DNA of 64,000 bases from Candidatus Omnitrophota bacterium. Its GTDB lineage: Bacteria > Omnitrophota > Gorgyraeia > Zapsychrales > Fredricksoniimonadaceae. Positions 1 through 10,504 of this stretch are shown piece by piece. The stretch is taken from assembly GCA_903908245.1 (NCBI GenBank), contig CAIVRE010000006.1, forward strand, positions 21,951-85,950, given 5' to 3'. The first letter of the stretch is position 1; each line of letters starts with the position of its first letter. Both the position numbers and the translations under genes were made by a program. The notes below the pieces were generated by a model. That model was not told the DNA's origin, did no database searches, and was given only the letters and a program-made list of their open reading frames with translations.

Positions 1-632
1 ATCCCCCATGACAACCGCGCCTTGGGGCGGGAAATACAAAGGTCGGTCAACGGCTGGCGCAAAAAACCCAGCATCTCGTTCCTGCGGTGCTCCGGGCGGA
101 TAAACCCGGGATTATCCTCAATATATTTGATGAGCCTGTCCTGATACTTGCTCATCTTGAAGAAATAATTCTTTTCCTTAATGGTCTTCACCTCGCGGAA
201 CTGCCCGCTTTCGGCCTCCTTCTCGGTAATGAACCGCTCTTCCGCGACGGAATAAAGCCCTTCATACTCTTTCTGATAAATATCCCCGCCATCATAGACC
301 TTCTGCAGGATAGACCGGACGATCCGCTTGTGCCGTTCCTGGGTCGTACGGATAAAATCGTCATTGAAAATGCCAAGCTTCTTCCAAAGATCAGTAAAAC
401 GAGGCGCCAGGTCATCGCAATGCGCCTGAGGTGACAATCCACGCTTCTCCGCCGCCTGCTGCACCTTCTGCCCGTGCTCATCCAGGCCCGTGAGGAAGAA
501 AACATCATCCCCCAGAGCCCTGTGAAAACGCGACAGCACATCCGCCAGAATAGTCGTATACGCATGCCCGATATGCGGCGCATCGTTCACATAATAAATA
601 GGGGTTGTAACATAAAACCTACTTTTTATCAT
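1..632 (-). CDS. metG: Methionyl-tRNA synthetase, 5' part (runs off window start)
   Basis: Not in the ORF track. Manual translation from ATG at 632 gives MIKSRFYVTTPIYYVNDAPHIGHAYT..., the MetRS N-terminus with the HIGH motif. Confidence 0.95.
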   Translation of the reverse strand, partial: MIKSRFYVTTPIYYVNDAPHIGHAYTTILADVLSRFHRALGDDVFFLTGLDEHGQKVQQAAEKRGLSPQAHCDDLAPRFTDLWKKLGIFNDDFIRTTQERHKRIVRSILQKVYDGGDIYQKEYEGLYSVAEERFITEKEAESGQFREVKTIKEKNYFFKMSKYQDRLIKYIEDNPGFIRPEHRRNEMLGFLRQPLTDLCISRPKARLSWG

Positions 633-1428
633 TGGGATTTTCCAGCGGCATACTGATCTTCACGACCTTGCCGTCACCTGTATCCACATAGACAAGGCGT
701 TTTAAGATATCGAGGTTGATCACCCGCCCGCGGCCTTCGGCGACCTGGATCTTGGCGCCCATTTTGGGCAGCCCGCGGTTCAATTCTTTATAAACGTTGA
801 ACTCATAGGCCATACAACACTTGATACGCCCGCAGACACCCGAGATCTTCGACGGATTAAGCGGCAACGCCTGCTCCTTGGCCATTTTGATGGACAACTG
901 GCTGAAATCCTTGATAAAATTCGCGCAACACAACTCCTGCCCGCACACACCGTAACCCTTGATCATTTTCGCGCGGTCACGCACACCGATCTGCTTGAGT
1001 TCGATCCGAAGACGGAACACCTTGGCCAATTCCTTGACCAGATTACGAAAATCCACACGCCCTTCCGCCGTAAAATACAGGATGACCTTGGTGGCATCAA
1101 ATGAATATTCCGCATTGAGCATTTTCATGTCCAGCTTGAGCTCATTGACCTTGCTGATGCAGACATTAAGCGCATCTTTGGCTTTATTGCGGTTGTTCTC
1201 GATCTGGCGCCGGTCGCCTTCCGTGACCTTGCGCAAAACCTTGCCCTGCGCAGCTGGCAGACGCCCGCCCTCGCCGTGAGGCACTGCCTCGGCGACAACC
1301 CGCCCCATTTCAGAAGAACGGTCAAGATCAACGATCACAAGCTCCCCGCGCTTAAGCTCCTGCCCGTTACAGTCAAAACACCCGGACGGACGGTATTCCC
1401 CAACCTGTATATGAAATATCTTTGCCAT
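619..1428 (-). CDS. ricT: PSP1-domain protein (RicT/YaaT family)
   Basis: YFTAEGRVDFRNLVKELA, IELKQIGVRD, GVCGQELCC and KISGVCGRIKCC motifs; holB-yaaT-metG context. Confidence 0.9.
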   Translation of the reverse strand: MAKIFHIQVGEYRPSGCFDCNGQELKRGELVIVDLDRSSEMGRVVAEAVPHGEGGRLPAAQGKVLRKVTEGDRRQIENNRNKAKDALNVCISKVNELKLDMKMLNAEYSFDATKVILYFTAEGRVDFRNLVKELAKVFRLRIELKQIGVRDRAKMIKGYGVCGQELCCANFIKDFSQLSIKMAKEQALPLNPSKISGVCGRIKCCMAYEFNVYKELNRGLPKMGAKIQVAEGRGRVINLDILKRLVYVDTGDGKVVKISMPLENPNDKK

Positions 1429-1434
1429 AAACCC

Positions 1435-2358
1435 CTATCTGATCATTTCTTTTAATAAAATAAGCGCCAGTTTCACATTGAAATTTTCGTTAACAGCCTC
1501 GATCACCTTCACCGCCCGGGCCACAACCGCCTGGGCATCACCGGCGGAAAGTTTCTGCGCCGCCCTCCGGATATCCGCCGAACGGCCACTATAATACAAC
1601 ACCTGGTCCGCCGCCCCGTTCTGTACGCAAAGGACGTCCCGATAAAACTTCAACACCACATCCCCGGCCTTGCGCGCCTTTTCCTTATCCGCGCTCCACT
1701 TCTTGAACAACTCCTCGGATGCGGCCCCTAAAATAAACTCGTCTATGACCAGGTCCTCCGGAGACCCAACATCATACTTACTTTTCGCCCCCCCGACAAG
1801 AACGGAATTCCTCAAAGGAGCAAAGCGGACCTCATGACAGCGCGACAGGACGGTCTTAAGAATATTACCGGGTGCCGCGCTGGTCAGGACGAACAAGGAC
1901 CCCGGACAGGGCTCCTCCAACGTCTTTAAGAACGCATTGGAAGCCTGCGTGTTAAGCAGATCGGCGTCTTTGATAACAATGACCCGCACGCGGGCTTCAA
2001 GCGCCCGAACACCTAACCAAGGGATAAGTGGCGGATGCTGCGGCTTAAACGGTTCTGCCTCCGCCTTAGGTAACATTTGAGCAATCACTATCTCGGCCTT
2101 GTTCTCCGGCTTCTTTAAAACAAAAAGATCCGGATGATTACCGGTATCAAACTTTCGACAGGAAGAGCACTGGCATCCGGCCTTACGTCCGCCCGGCTCG
2201 AGGCAATTCACCGCTTGAGCCAAAGCCAAAGCTGTCTCCACCTTGCCAGACCCCCCGGGGCCGGTGAATAAATAGGCATGCGCCAAACGGCCGGAAGCAT
2301 AAAGCTTTAGAAGCCTCTCGATCACATCAAGGTTGATCAACTCAGCGGGCAGAGGCAT
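1435..2358 (-). CDS. holB: DNA polymerase III delta' subunit
   Basis: AHAYLFTGPGGSGK, Zn-binding C..CQCSSC, HPD, NAFLKTLEEP, TVLSRC; follows tmk. Confidence 0.9.
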   Translation of the reverse strand: MPLPAELINLDVIERLLKLYASGRLAHAYLFTGPGGSGKVETALALAQAVNCLEPGGRKAGCQCSSCRKFDTGNHPDLFVLKKPENKAEIVIAQMLPKAEAEPFKPQHPPLIPWLGVRALEARVRVIVIKDADLLNTQASNAFLKTLEEPCPGSLFVLTSAAPGNILKTVLSRCHEVRFAPLRNSVLVGGAKSKYDVGSPEDLVIDEFILGAASEELFKKWSADKEKARKAGDVVLKFYRDVLCVQNGAADQVLYYSGRSADIRRAAQKLSAGDAQAVVARAVKVIEAVNENFNVKLALILLKEMIR

Positions 2359-2360
2359 TG

Positions 2361-2975
2361 TCAAAGCATTGTCTCAATACGCGCGCAGATCCGCGCAAAG
2401 ATCACATCCCTGGGAAGAGAGCCGTCAATAGCCATGATCCGCATTGGCTCTTTCTTCGCCATATCAAGATATCCATTACGCACTTTATTGTGATACTCCA
2501 TGGAACGCAGTTCAATGCGGTCACGTTCCGCCCCGCGGCGGCGCAACCCTTCCTCAACATCCAGGTCCAGGAAGATCGTCAGGTCAGGTGCAATGCCTTT
2601 GGTGGCAAACAAGCCGACCGACCGGATCGCGTCAACCGGAACACCGCAACCATACCCCTGATAAGCGATCGTGGAATCCAGGAAACGATCACATAAAAGG
2701 ACCGTGCCCTGCTCAAGCTCCGGAATGACCACTTCCTCCACCAGCTGAGCACGGGCAGCCATGTAAAGAAGCGTTTCACACTCCCTGTTCATCGCCGTAT
2801 TCGCCTTGTCGAGAAGGATCGCGCGGATCTTTTCGCTGATCGCGACCCCGCCCGGCTCACGGATAAGTTTCACTTGACGGCCGGCGGCCTTCAAATGCTC
2901 CAGGAGCATTCTCGACTGAGTGCTCTTACCGCAGCCCTCGGAACCTTCAAATGTAATGAACTTGCCCTTAAGCAT
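2361..2975 (-). CDS. tmk: Thymidylate kinase
   Basis: FITFEGSEGCGKSTQ, REPGG, DRFLDSTIAYQG motifs. Confidence 0.97.
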   Translation of the reverse strand: MLKGKFITFEGSEGCGKSTQSRMLLEHLKAAGRQVKLIREPGGVAISEKIRAILLDKANTAMNRECETLLYMAARAQLVEEVVIPELEQGTVLLCDRFLDSTIAYQGYGCGVPVDAIRSVGLFATKGIAPDLTIFLDLDVEEGLRRRGAERDRIELRSMEYHNKVRNGYLDMAKKEPMRIMAIDGSLPRDVIFARICARIETML

Positions 2976-2996
2976 ATTTACTCCCTGCGATACTTC

Positions 2997-3233
2997 TCAA
3001 CCATGGTCCATCCAGCGTATAACGCGCAGGTCCCTGTTATCCCGAAAACTTCCGGAAATAATAAAGATCAGGTCAACAATAGCCCAAACACCCAACCCGC
3101 CTGCCGTACACAGCATTAAAATAGCCGTCCCTGTTTTCCCGACATAAAACCGGTGCGCGCCCAGCAGCCCCAGGAACAGGCAGAGCAACAAACACGCCAG
3201 ACGGGATTTAGGAGAATCCATTTGCTGGTCCAT
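2997..3233 (-). CDS. TM2-domain small membrane protein
   Basis: KSRLACLLLCLFLGLLGAHRFYVGKTGTAIL is the TM2 signature; start placed at the internal ATG 3233. Confidence 0.85.
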   Translation of the reverse strand: MDQQMDSPKSRLACLLLCLFLGLLGAHRFYVGKTGTAILMLCTAGGLGVWAIVDLIFIISGSFRDNRDLRVIRWMDHG

Positions 3234-3249
3234 GATCAGCCTTTCTGTT

Positions 3250-4647
3250 TTAACCTCGCCGCCAAGATTGGCCCGTTTTCCCATCCTCGACGAGAATGCC
3301 GCGCGCTTTTAAAATATCGCGCAACTCATCCGAACGCTTCCAATCCCTGGCCTTACGCGCTTCAACGCGCTCATTAACAAGCACCAGATCCCCGGCGGAT
3401 AACCCTGCAGACTTATCCTCCAGGTCAAGGCCAAGGACCCCCGCCAAAAAACTTCTCAGAAAATCTGCCGTTGCATGAACACTGCCCTCAAAATAATCAT
3501 CCTGTTTCCCGGTATCAATGAACCGGTTCGCCGCCGTGATCAGCTCGAATACATGCCCGACCGCAAGCGCGGTATTGAAATCCTCATCCATCGCCGCCAG
3601 GATCTTTTCCTTGGCATCCACCAGGAACTCCACATCCTCCAGGCGCACTTCCAGTTTCGACGACGGGACCCGCGCGGCGCGGCCGATCAGCGCCTTGAAC
3701 TTGACAAGGCCCTTCTCCATATCGCCGAGCTTCTCATCCGTATAATCAATGGAACTGGCATAATGCGTCGACAGAAAGAACAGCTTGAACGCGCCCACAG
3801 AATATTTCTTAAGAGCATCCTGGACCGTAATGAAATTCCCCAAAGACTTGCTCATTTTCTGCGAATTGATAGTGAGCAGGCCGTGATGGATCCACATCTT
3901 CGCGAATTGTTTTCCCGTAAGCGCCTCGGCCTGGGCGATCTCATTCTCGTGATGCGGGAAAACCAGATCACGCCCGCCGGCATGAATATCCAGCGTTTCC
4001 GTACCAAGATGCTTGATGCTCATGCAGGAACACTCGATATGCCACCCCGGACGGCCATCGCCCCATGGAGACGGCCACGAGGGCTCCCCGGGTTTGGCCT
4101 TCTTCCAAAGCGCGAAATCCAGCGGATCTTCCTTCTTTTCATCCTTGTCAATGCGAACGCCCTCAAGCATCTTGTCGACGCTCTGGCCCGACAACTTTCC
4201 GTAAGAGGGGAACGAACGGACACGGAAGTACACATCCCCTTCAACGGGATAGGCATGCCCCTTGGCGATCAGCCCCTCGATATGCGCGATCATCAGCGGG
4301 ATATTCTCCGTCGCGCGCGGCTCAACATCCGCGGGGCTTACCCCCAGATCGGCCATATCCTTATAATACAGCGCGATATTTTCTTTAACCACCTCATCGA
4401 ATGTCCTGCCTGTCTGCGCAGCCTTGGCAATGATCTTGTCATCAACATCCGTGATATTGCGGACAAACCGCACCTCATACCCGCGATAACGCATATATTT
4501 CACCAGCGTATCGAACGTATACAGCGACCGGGCATGGCCGATATGACATTTATCATAGACCGTCACGCCGCAAGAATACATGTTGATCCGCGCCGGAAGA
4601 GGAGGCAGGGCCTCGCGTGCCCTGGTAAGTGAATTATAAAGGTCCAT
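3250..4647 (-). CDS. cysS: Cysteinyl-tRNA synthetase
   Basis: CGVTVY..CHIGH, GRPGWHIECS, FPHHENE, KMSKS motifs. Confidence 0.98.
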   Translation of the reverse strand: MDLYNSLTRAREALPPLPARINMYSCGVTVYDKCHIGHARSLYTFDTLVKYMRYRGYEVRFVRNITDVDDKIIAKAAQTGRTFDEVVKENIALYYKDMADLGVSPADVEPRATENIPLMIAHIEGLIAKGHAYPVEGDVYFRVRSFPSYGKLSGQSVDKMLEGVRIDKDEKKEDPLDFALWKKAKPGEPSWPSPWGDGRPGWHIECSCMSIKHLGTETLDIHAGGRDLVFPHHENEIAQAEALTGKQFAKMWIHHGLLTINSQKMSKSLGNFITVQDALKKYSVGAFKLFFLSTHYASSIDYTDEKLGDMEKGLVKFKALIGRAARVPSSKLEVRLEDVEFLVDAKEKILAAMDEDFNTALAVGHVFELITAANRFIDTGKQDDYFEGSVHATADFLRSFLAGVLGLDLEDKSAGLSAGDLVLVNERVEARKARDWKRSDELRDILKARGILVEDGKTGQSWRRG

Positions 4648-4649
4648 AC

Positions 4650-5312
4650 CTAACTCTTTTTCTCTAGCGCGTTAAGCCGCTGAGCAAGCTCATCAATATC
4701 CCGCCGGACGGGGTCAAGGATCTGTTCATGCGCCAGCTTCTTGTCGATCTTCTCTCCGTCCTGTTTGGTCACATAACCGGGAACACCGACAACCGTCGCA
4801 TTGGGCGGGACACTTTGCAGGACAACCGAATTCGCCCCGACATAAGAATTGTCCCCGATCGTGATATTCCCCAGGATCTTGGCCCCCGCGCCGACAACAA
4901 TATTGTTCCCCAGGGAAGGATGGCGCTTGCCTGTTTCCTTGCCCGTGCCACCGAGGGTCACCCCCTGATAAAGCGTCACATTATTTCCAACGACCGCGGT
5001 CTCGCCGATCACAACCCCCGTTCCATGGTCGATCAGAAGCCCGTCACCGATCACGGCCCCGGGGTGGATCTCGATCCCCGTGCACATGCGCGCGAACTGG
5101 GAAATAGCCCTCGGCAGGATAGGGATATTCATCCTCCACAAAGGATGCGCTATCCGGTGGAACACCACCGCATGCAACCCCGAATACAAAAGGACCACTT
5201 CAATGGCTGAACGCGCCGCCGGATCCCGCTCCTGGATCGCCCTGACCTCTTTATTAAAGAAGATCAGCGTTACCAGCCAGAACACCAGCAGGCTGTACAA
5301 TAAAAACATCAT
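4650..5312 (-). CDS. cysE: Serine O-acetyltransferase
   Basis: RDPAA, TGIEIHPGA, IDHGTGVVIGET, GKRHP hexapeptide-repeat motifs; adjacent to cysS. Confidence 0.95.
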   Translation of the reverse strand: MMFLLYSLLVFWLVTLIFFNKEVRAIQERDPAARSAIEVVLLYSGLHAVVFHRIAHPLWRMNIPILPRAISQFARMCTGIEIHPGAVIGDGLLIDHGTGVVIGETAVVGNNVTLYQGVTLGGTGKETGKRHPSLGNNIVVGAGAKILGNITIGDNSYVGANSVVLQSVPPNATVVGVPGYVTKQDGEKIDKKLAHEQILDPVRRDIDELAQRLNALEKKS

Positions 5313-5324
5313 ATAACCCTCCTG

Positions 5325-5831
5325 TTAAACCCGATGCAACATAACCGTCGCATACGCGGCCATGCCTTCTTTACGCCCGATGAACCCGAGGCCTTCATTG
5401 GTCGTTGCCTTCACATTCACCCGGCGAACATCCATATCAAGCGCTTTGGCGATGTTCGCTCTCATTTTAGCCTTGTAAGGGCTTATCTTCGGCGCCTCGG
5501 CCAGCAGTACGCAATCGACATTAATAACTTGAAAACCCGACGCTTCAAGCAGCTTTTGCACATGCTTTAGCAGGACCACGCTCGCAATGCCTTTATATTT
5601 CTTGTCGGTATCCGGGAAATGCTCCCCGATATCGCCTTTGCCGGCCGCGCCCAATAACGCATCGGCAATGGCGTGCAACAACACATCCGCGTCCGAATGG
5701 CCTTGAAGGCCGCGGCCATACGGAATCCTCACCCCGCCGAGCACCAATTTGCGCCCGGGCACCAACGGATGCACATCGTACCCGATGCCCGTACAATAAT
5801 CGAACGGCTTATCTCCTTTTAATGACCTCAT
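5325..5831 (-). CDS. ispF: 2-C-methyl-D-erythritol 2,4-cyclodiphosphate synthase
   Basis: [43 protein letters not shown]. Confidence 0.97.
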   Translation of the reverse strand: MRSLKGDKPFDYCTGIGYDVHPLVPGRKLVLGGVRIPYGRGLQGHSDADVLLHAIADALLGAAGKGDIGEHFPDTDKKYKGIASVVLLKHVQKLLEASGFQVINVDCVLLAEAPKISPYKAKMRANIAKALDMDVRRVNVKATTNEGLGFIGRKEGMAAYATVMLHRV

Positions 5832-6514
5832 GACAATCTTCCCCGCAAAAAGATCTCCGCGATATCCATATCCTCGGGAGTGGTTATCTTAATATTCCTG
5901 TAATCCCCCATATAAACCATCACCTTGTGCCCCGCGAGCTCGACCAATCCGGCATCATCGGAAGCATCCATATCTCCTTCATAAACCTGGTCCAGAAGCC
6001 GGCGGTCGAATATTTGCGGCGTCTGGATCTCCCAGACCAGAGAACGGTCAAGCGTTTCAAGAACAACCCCGGTCACAGGATCGACCACTTTGAGCGTAGG
6101 CTTCACAGGGACTCCGACCACCGCCGCCTTCCCTTTAAGCACGTGCGCAATCCCGTCATCGATCATCCGGCCGGTCACAAAAGGCCGCACCGCGTCATGA
6201 ACGATCACGATCTGCGTGTCCTGATCAAGCGCCCTGAGCCCCAACCGTACCGATCCGGTACGCGTCTGGCCTCCGGGAACAACGTCGACCCGCCGGGCCA
6301 GACCGGCCGCCTTAAGCGCCTGGCGGTAATCCTCAATATAATCCCCATGCACCACCAGGACAATGCCCGCCACCAAAGGATGCGCATCAAAAACCTTGAG
6401 CGTGCGCACCACGACCGGTTCACCGCCTAAAAGTAAAAGCGGTTTTGGGACCGGAGCATTCATCCTCTCACCGGTACCGCCGGCCGCAATAATGACCTGG
6501 ACTTTAAGGTTCAT
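5828..6514 (-). CDS. ispD: 2-C-methyl-D-erythritol 4-phosphate cytidylyltransferase
   Basis: [31 protein letters not shown]. Confidence 0.97.
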   Translation of the reverse strand: MNLKVQVIIAAGGTGERMNAPVPKPLLLLGGEPVVVRTLKVFDAHPLVAGIVLVVHGDYIEDYRQALKAAGLARRVDVVPGGQTRTGSVRLGLRALDQDTQIVIVHDAVRPFVTGRMIDDGIAHVLKGKAAVVGVPVKPTLKVVDPVTGVVLETLDRSLVWEIQTPQIFDRRLLDQVYEGDMDASDDAGLVELAGHKVMVYMGDYRNIKITTPEDMDIAEIFLRGRLS

Positions 6515-7494
6515 CCATGCTCCATTTTGGCAAAAACCATCCGGCCCGCCTGCGTCTGCAGGACAGAAGAAACCACCACCTTGACCTTATGCCCGGTATG
6601 GCGGCGGCCATCGGTCACAACCACCATGGTGCCATCTTCAAGATACCCGACCCCCTGATTCTCTTCCTTGCCTTCCTTGATGATAAGGACATCCATCTGC
6701 TCGCCGGCAAAAATAACCGGCTTCACCGAATTGAGCAGGTCGTTGATATTAAGCATTTCTGTCCCCTGAATAGCGGCAATACGGCTCAAATTAAAATCCG
6801 TGGTGCACACCCGGGCATCAAGGATCTTGGCCAGCTTGATCAGCTTGAGGTCCACTTCCTTGTCCCCCGGGAGATCATCCTCATGGATATGGATGTCCAC
6901 CGCAGGATCTTTCTGCATCGCGCGAAGGAGCTCCATCCCCCGGCGCCCACGCTGGCGTTTAAGGTCATCCTCGGAATCCGCCAGGCGCTGCAGTTCATGC
7001 AGGACAAACCGCGGGACCACCAGCCGGCCGGTCAGAAAACGGCTGCGAAAGATATCCGCCACACGGCCGTCAATGATCGCGCTCGTATCAAGCAGAATAA
7101 CGCTGTCTTTAAGGTCCGTCCGTTTAAAACGGACATACGGGATGATCAGGTTGAACTCGTCTTTCCCGCGCAAGGCGATAACAGCGCCGAGATAAGAAAA
7201 GATCAGCGTAAATATCACGCGCAGTGCCGAATGAACTGTTTCAGTGAACGGGACCAGCGCCAGGATATCCGACACCAGCTTGGCCATGATCACGCCGAAC
7301 ACCAGCCCGAAGACAACGCTCGAAAGCCCCCGTACAGAAACCTGCTTGGTCATGGCCTCGATCCATACCCAGACCGCGGCGCAAGCCAGCCCGCCGAGAA
7401 CCCCCAGCAATTCCCGATTGTAGAAACTGCCCACCAGATACCCGACAACAGCGCTTAATACGGTGAAAAAGATCCGAATGAATAATAATGTCAT
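6511..7494 (-). CDS. Membrane PIN/TRAM-domain protein (YacL family)
   Basis: N-terminal TM helices, LLDTSAIIDGR PIN motif, GKEENQGVGYLEDGTMVVV TRAM motif; radA-yacL-ispD context. Confidence 0.92.
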   Translation of the reverse strand: MTLLFIRIFFTVLSAVVGYLVGSFYNRELLGVLGGLACAAVWVWIEAMTKQVSVRGLSSVVFGLVFGVIMAKLVSDILALVPFTETVHSALRVIFTLIFSYLGAVIALRGKDEFNLIIPYVRFKRTDLKDSVILLDTSAIIDGRVADIFRSRFLTGRLVVPRFVLHELQRLADSEDDLKRQRGRRGMELLRAMQKDPAVDIHIHEDDLPGDKEVDLKLIKLAKILDARVCTTDFNLSRIAAIQGTEMLNINDLLNSVKPVIFAGEQMDVLIIKEGKEENQGVGYLEDGTMVVVTDGRRHTGHKVKVVVSSVLQTQAGRMVFAKMEHG

Positions 7495-7530
7495 AGAATT
7501 CTTCTCCGAAAACTTTTGTAGGGACTCCCT

Positions 7531-8916
7531 CTAATTCCTGATCAGATCCAGCGCCTCGCGCACATCGCCAACGGCAATGATCTGCAGCGTCTTCAGCTTC
7601 AGGCCGCTATGCGCCTTCAGATTGTTCTTCGGTATAAAACACTTCTTGAAACCCAGTTTCTCGGCCTCATTGAGACGGGGAACGATATGCCCCACACTGC
7701 GCACTTCCGCCGATAACCCGACCTCGCCCAGCACGGCGGTATCCGGCGGCAAAGGCTTGTCCAGGAAAGATGATGCAACTGCAAGCGCCACACCCAGGTC
7801 TGCCGCCGGGTCTTCCACCCTGACGCCTCCCACGATGTTCAGGAAAATATCCTGATCCTCCAGGCGCAGGCCGACCCTCTTCTCCAGAACGGCGGTCAAT
7901 AGCGACAAACGGTTCGAGTCAAACCCCTGTGCGCGATGTCGCACCATCCCGAACGCAGAGCGGCTCACCAAGCCCTGGACCTCGACAAGGAACGGCCGGG
8001 TCCCTTCCAGGATCGGGACCACCACGGAACCCGAAGACGCCTTCGCACGCTCGGAAAGAAATATCTCCGACGGATTCTCGACCTCGAGAAGGCCGGCGGA
8101 CGTCATTTCAAAAACGCCCAGCTCATTGGTCGAGCCGAAACGGTTCTTGGTCGTACGCAGGACACGATAAGCCGAATAACGTTCTCCTTCAAAATAAAGG
8201 ACCGTATCAACAATATGTTCCAGGACCCTCGGCCCCGCAATGGCTCCGTCCTTGGTCACATGGCCTATGATCATCATCGCAACCCCGCGGGACTTCGCCA
8301 GCTGGGTCAACAATGCCGCGCATTCACGCACCTGCCCCACACTCCCCGGCGAAGAACCAAGGTTCGGCTCATAAACCACCTGGATCGAATCAATGACCAC
8401 GACCGACGGCGCGATCTTGTTAATGAACTCGATAATAATATTCAGGTCGATCTGGTTGACAATGAACAGATTGGCATTCGCCTTGCGAACGATGCGGTCC
8501 GCGCGCATCTTGGTCTGCGCGATCGATTCCTCACCGCTCACGTACAAAACCTTAAGCCCCTCTTCACTGAAACGGCAGGCGGCCTGCAACGCGATCGTGG
8601 ATTTCCCGATCCCGGGATCCCCGCCGATAAGCGTCACGGACCCCACCACCATCCCGCCACCCAGGACACGGTCCAGCTCCTTGATCCCGGTCTGATACCG
8701 CTTTTCATGAACAGACGATATATCCCCCAACAGCACCGGCGCGTCCATGCTGGTCAGCAGCCCGCGCTGGGTCCCCTGGGCCGGTTTTGACACCGAGGTC
8801 TCCTCAACGAACGAATTCCAGCCATTACAGCCCGGACATTTCCCGAGCCAGCGGGAAGACTCCTGCCCGCAACTCTGGCAAATAAAAACGGTCTTGGCGC
8901 TGCCCTTGATCCTCAT
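7531..8916 (-). CDS. radA: DNA repair protein RadA/Sms
   Basis: CQSCG...GKCPGC zinc finger, GGDPGIGKST, KNRFG motif, Lon-like C-terminus. Confidence 0.97.
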   Translation of the reverse strand: MRIKGSAKTVFICQSCGQESSRWLGKCPGCNGWNSFVEETSVSKPAQGTQRGLLTSMDAPVLLGDISSVHEKRYQTGIKELDRVLGGGMVVGSVTLIGGDPGIGKSTIALQAACRFSEEGLKVLYVSGEESIAQTKMRADRIVRKANANLFIVNQIDLNIIIEFINKIAPSVVVIDSIQVVYEPNLGSSPGSVGQVRECAALLTQLAKSRGVAMMIIGHVTKDGAIAGPRVLEHIVDTVLYFEGERYSAYRVLRTTKNRFGSTNELGVFEMTSAGLLEVENPSEIFLSERAKASSGSVVVPILEGTRPFLVEVQGLVSRSAFGMVRHRAQGFDSNRLSLLTAVLEKRVGLRLEDQDIFLNIVGGVRVEDPAADLGVALAVASSFLDKPLPPDTAVLGEVGLSAEVRSVGHIVPRLNEAEKLGFKKCFIPKNNLKAHSGLKLKTLQIIAVGDVREALDLIRN

Positions 8917-8933
8917 AACAACAGGTCCTGTCC

Positions 8934-9734
8934 TTACTTGCCTCTGGGACGAAAGAACAGCTTCCACGGATTCGCCTTCAGGTCCGCCGAAAGCTCTTCC
9001 AGGTTCTGATAAACCCGCGGGTCTGTCAGGAACTTGCCCACCGTCCCATCACCTTTATTCAATTTATCCGTCAAAAGGGCAATATTCGCCAGCGTCAAAG
9101 AAAGATTCTGATAAACGCTCTCATCAACGAGCAGCTTGCCAACGCTCCCCTCGCCTTTTCTTACCATCGCCGTGATCGCCGCCAGGTTCTGCAAGGACTC
9201 CGCCAGCGCTTTGGCATTCGCTTCGGTCAATATCCGCTGGTTAACACTCGCAAGGGTCATATCAAGCTTCCCGGCGATACTCCCCACCATCGCCATGATC
9301 GACTCCATGGCCACCGGGTCTTCACCCGTCATCCTGGTCCCCAACGGCAAAAAAGCTTTTGCCTCCCCGGGGATGATCTCGATATATTTCTCCCCCAAAA
9401 GTCCCAGCTGATTGATCAGAACACGTGAATCTTCAGGGATCCCCACCCCGCGCATGACCCATAGCCCGATCCTGACCTTCGTACGGAGATGTGTTGTGTC
9501 ATAAAAGATCACAAGGTCCTTCACGTGGCCGGCATCCACTCCCGCAAGACGGACCGGAGCGCCTTTCTTGAGCCCGTTGGCATAAGTGAACACCGCGGCA
9601 TAGTCATCCCCTTTCTCAAAGAAAGAGAAATCACTGACCGCGAACACAAACCCAAGCAGGCAAACGACCGCCAGCACAACAAACGCACCCACCTTCAAAT
9701 CAAGATTACTTTCCTTAGGCATAACGATCCTCAT
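8934..9734 (-). CDS. mlaD: MCE/MlaD family lipid transport protein with helical C-terminal extension
   Basis: N-terminal TM, GLKKGAPVRLAGVDAGHV and GLLGEKYIEI MCE motifs, repeated GEGSVGKLL/GDGTVGKFL units. Confidence 0.88.
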   Translation of the reverse strand: MRIVMPKESNLDLKVGAFVVLAVVCLLGFVFAVSDFSFFEKGDDYAAVFTYANGLKKGAPVRLAGVDAGHVKDLVIFYDTTHLRTKVRIGLWVMRGVGIPEDSRVLINQLGLLGEKYIEIIPGEAKAFLPLGTRMTGEDPVAMESIMAMVGSIAGKLDMTLASVNQRILTEANAKALAESLQNLAAITAMVRKGEGSVGKLLVDESVYQNLSLTLANIALLTDKLNKGDGTVGKFLTDPRVYQNLEELSADLKANPWKLFFRPRGK

Positions 9735-10504
9735 TTTGCATGGCCAAACTTCATACTTTCATCGTCGGTGATAGGCCCGAGCGCTTCCCCGTTAATGAAT
9801 TGCTTCACCACCGGATGGCGGGAGCTCCTTATCTCATCAGGCGTTCCGTCGGCAATGATCTGCCCGTGATAGAACATCGCCACTGAATCCCCCACCTTGA
9901 ACGCCGCGGTCATATCATGGGTCACAACGATCGAGGTGATCTTGAGTTTATTGCGCATTTCGATAATAATATTGTTGATCGCATCCGCCGTTATCGGATC
10001 GATCCCGGTCGTAGGCTCGTCATAAAGGATGATCTTCGGCTCCATGCACAGGATCCGCGCAAGCGATACGCGTTTGCGCATCCCCCCCGAAAGCTCGGAC
10101 GGCATGAGCGCTTCGATCCCCTTTAGCCCGACCAAAGAAAGCGTGTGCATCATCCGCTCTTTTTTCTGGACAGGCGTTAATGACGTGTATTCATCCAGGA
10201 AAAAGCTGACATTCTCGCCGACATTGAGCGAATCGAACAAGGCCCCGCCCTGGAACACCAAACCGATATTCTTGCGGACACGGTCATACTCATGCTGACT
10301 GAGCGTGGTCAATTCCTCCCCGTTCAGCTTGATCGACCCGCCGTCAACCTGCAAAATACCCACAATGCATTTTAATAACACGCTTTTCCCCGCACCGGAG
10401 CGGCCGATAATGACCTTGGTCTCCCCGTCGCGCACAGACAAAGACAGGCCGTTAAGGACCTGGGTCTGGTCAAAAGTCTTGTATAGATCTCGGATCTCGA
10501 TCAT
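9731..10504 (-). CDS. mlaF: MlaF-type ABC ATPase
   Basis: GRSGAGKS, FQGGALFDSL, LSGGMRKRVSLAR, YDEPTTGIDP; between mlaE and mlaD. Confidence 0.9.
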   Translation of the reverse strand: MIEIRDLYKTFDQTQVLNGLSLSVRDGETKVIIGRSGAGKSVLLKCIVGILQVDGGSIKLNGEELTTLSQHEYDRVRKNIGLVFQGGALFDSLNVGENVSFFLDEYTSLTPVQKKERMMHTLSLVGLKGIEALMPSELSGGMRKRVSLARILCMEPKIILYDEPTTGIDPITADAINNIIIEMRNKLKITSIVVTHDMTAAFKVGDSVAMFYHGQIIADGTPDEIRSSRHPVVKQFINGEALGPITDDESMKFGHAK

